Assembly (NCBI GenBank): GCA_965603825.1
Contig: CBFDEM010000002.1
Coordinates: 62,001-126,000, forward strand
Source: Blepharisma stoltei ATCC 30299
Taxonomy: Eukaryota; Protista; Ciliophora
DNA: 64,000 nt
Reading direction: 5' to 3'
Positions within the stretch are counted from its first letter, which is position 1. Every line of letters begins with the position of its first letter. A program made the position numbers and the translations under genes. Under the pieces are notes generated by a model. It did not search any database. It saw only the letters and a program-made list of their open reading frames with translations, and had not been told where the DNA came from. This document shows, in pieces, positions 61,291 through 64,000 of this stretch.

Positions 61291-63112
61291 TTAGTTATCC
61301 CATTTAGGCTTTTTTCTTGGTTTATCTAAATAAGTAACAGTAGGCTCAGTAATAGTGGAATCTAAAGTCCCAGCAGCTACAAAACTCCGCTTGAACTCAC
61401 TGATTAAATGGTCTTTTTTCTTTTGATTTAAATGCTCTCTGAACTCTTGGATATTTGTTGACTGCTCAATATCAATTTTTTTCCCTCCAAAATTCGTGTA
61501 TAATGCATTAGCTTTTTCTAAGTCTCAATAATTTCTTTGTTTTGGGGTGATTTTTTTGGATCGTTGATTTCTGAAATATGAGTCTTGCATGGCTAGTTCT
61601 TCAAGATCTTTTGGGACTGCTTGCTCATTATATTCCAGACTCTGCATAAGTTCTCCTGCAAATCTTTTGTCATGCTTAGTAAGCAAAGTATATGCAATTC
61701 CTTGGGATCCTGCTCTGCATGTTCTTCCAATTCTATGTGTATGGGTTTCTGCATCTTTCGGACAGTCGTAATTTATTATTGTTTTGATTTGAAGGATGTC
61801 AAGGCCTCTGCTGGCGACGTCTGTAGCTACTAACACTTTAAGCTCCCCATGACTGAATTTGTACATTGTAGATTCTCGGTCGTATTGGTTCATATCTCCA
61901 TGCAAATTTCCAGCTGGAACTTTGGCTTCTTTTAAAATCCCACATAATTCTTCGGTACTGCTTCTATGTTTCACAAATATAAGGACGAGCCCTTTTTCTA
62001 AAAATTCGTGAATGTGCTCTAGCAGCCATGTTAATTTTTTAGAAAAATGGTCGAGAATTATAAATTCTTGTACAATATCTTCATTAGTTCCTCCTTCTTT
62101 TCCTATCACGATTTTAATTGGATTTGTCAGCACATCACTCGCAAACTTTTGCAATTTTTTTTTAAATGTAGCTGAAAATAATAAGGTTTGCCTGTCTGGC
62201 CTTATTTGAGATAATATAGAGCGGCATTGATAGTCAAAGCCTAAATTGAACATAATATCAGCTTCGTCTATAACAATATAACTAATCTTTCTTAAACTGG
62301 TAGCTTTGGATTTTATCAGATCAATTAGTCTGCCTGGGGTCGCTATAACAATTTCGCAGCCTGCTCTTAATTCTCTCCACTGCTCGTGCTTAGGAACGCC
62401 ACCATAAGCATGAACACATCTCAGCTTGAAAACTCTGGCGTATTTTTTAGCTTCTTTGTAGACTTGGATACAGAGCTCTCTAGTTGGGACTAAAATTGCA
62501 GCTATTGGACCTTCATTTTTGCTACTTTTAGATTGGTCGGCTACGTGATAGAGCATAGGCCATATATAGGCTGCAGTTTTGCCTGACCCTGTTTTTGCAA
62601 TTCCCATTATATCTCTTCCATTAAGGGCGCATGGCAGCGCTATACATTGAATTGGCGTTGGCTGCTCAAACCCCATTTTGATGATTTTTTCAACCAATTC
62701 ATCAGAAAACTGAAGATGCCCAAACGACGCTATTGGGGAAGGCACATTTTCTCCTTCAGTATGAATCTCTAAATCTTCTTTCAATTTCTGGATTTTTTCT
62801 GGTGTCAAACTTGCAATATCTGGATGGATATGGTAAAAATCCTATATTAAGTAATACTTTTCTGAATGATTTATAGTTCTGTAAGCTATGATTAACAGGA
62901 TTTAAAGTTGGGACTATTTTGCTTTGCTCTTTTGCCTGCTCAATTGTATCTTCAATGAAATTTTCCTCAAGAGGCTGAATGCTATTTGGGTTGAAATCTT
63001 CATTGGGATCTTCAGATTCAAGCTGCTCCCCTTTAGAAGCTGAAGATTCATCTAAAATTTTTTGGACTTCTTGCATGTACTTTTCAAGGGAATCGAGGTC
63101 ATTAGTCTTCAT
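61291..63112 (-). CDS. DEAD-box RNA helicase, DDX42-like
   Basis: [31 protein letters not shown]; intron 62842-62857 gives FRK|DFYHIHP; TGA=Trp at 61525; start uncertain. Confidence 0.87.
62842..62857 (-). other. 16-nt intron
   Basis: GTATTACTTAATATAG; restores frame. Confidence 0.85.
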
Positions 63113-63527
63113 TAGCTAACTATCAAAAAATACTCTACCTTTTTCTTTCTGTCCATATTATATACTAAATTTTGAATTGAGCAAAATTATTCCTAGAAGT
63201 AATTTTCTGATAATTCTGGGCTAATTAAAATAAATAAATAATTATTTTTAGCTAAAATGCATCAGTTTTTCTTCTTTGTAAGGCTATATAAATTTTTATT
63301 ATTGTCAACTATAGCTTGAGGCGAAAATAATAAATTGTTATCATATTTAATAAATAATTTTACATAAATTAATATAAATTTATCATTCTTTATAATTCCT
63401 ACAACAAAAGGGCTTACTAATACAGCCCTTATTATTAGAAATTATTGACACTACTTATAAAAGCCTTAATTCGCTTAATTTAATGCTGATCTTATCTCGT
63501 CTAATATTTTAGCAACTTCACAAATAA

Positions 63528-64000
63528 ATGTCAGAGCTGAGTTTAATTGGAGAAACAGTGAGATTTGCGAAGTTTCCAGCACGAATAGTAGAAGTCCTTG
63601 CGAGTACACAAACTGTTAAATTATATTTGGCTAAAGATCCAGAAAACCGCACCGTGCTTATTAAATATCTCTCCTTGCCACAAAATGAATTAAGCTTCAG
63701 ACGAGAATTAAATGCCTACAAGAAAATCGGAAGCCACCCCAAGATTGTCACACAATTTGACTACCTTGAAGAAAGCAATTTATGGGGAGCTTTTCTTCTT
63801 GAGTACTGTAGCGGAGGGGATTTGAAGACATTTATGAACGAGGACGAAATAACAGAGCAACAAGTGATAACTATTTTGCGTGATATTGCGATGGCACTCA
63901 ATCATATCCACCAGAAGAAAGTGACTCATCGGGCCTTGCGTCCTGAGTGTATTTTTATTACCACTGATTTTAAATTCAAACTTGGCGATTTCAGCTCAGC
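63528..64000 (+). CDS. Pseudokinase (5' part; runs off the window)
   Basis: Open frame: HPKIV, LLEYCSGGDL, HRALRPEC, KLGDFS. Confidence 0.75.
   Translation, partial: MSELSLIGETVRFAKFPARIVEVLASTQTVKLYLAKDPENRTVLIKYLSLPQNELSFRRELNAYKKIGSHPKIVTQFDYLEESNLWGAFLLEYCSGGDLKTFMNEDEITEQQVITILRDIAMALNHIHQKKVTHRALRPECIFITTDFKFKLGDFSS

Noticed and set aside
63113-63156. Upstream ATG 63156 as the DDX42-like start
   Set aside because: Would need a 23-nt intron, outside the 15/16-nt pattern; unresolved without RNA data

Overview
AT-rich, gene-dense eukaryotic DNA, most likely from the macronucleus of a heterotrich ciliate such as Blepharisma (inferred). In-frame TGA repeatedly falls on conserved Trp positions, every complete gene I could trace ends in TAA or TAG, and introns are only 15-16 nt. 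The supplied ORF track therefore fragments most genes. Re-reading with TGA=Trp and tiny introns gives about 40 protein genes and two identical tRNA-Cys genes. These include centrin, PKG, gamma-tubulin, importin-5, CDPK, XPB, a DDX42-like helicase, a CNBD K+ channel, MFS and amino-acid transporters and two GH16 glucanases. Most notable: (1) a cluster of ubiquitin/Ubl genes in which three products end in Cys instead of Gly-Gly; (2) a single E2 with three tandem UBC domains, only one with a canonical catalytic Cys; (3) a NEK kinase fused to an apparently full IFT57-like protein; (4) an 83-aa Tudor-less SMN absent from the ORF track; (5) a membrane-anchored metallothionein-like peptide; (6) several apparent pseudoenzymes. 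All calls come from manual translation and motif recognition; no searches were run.
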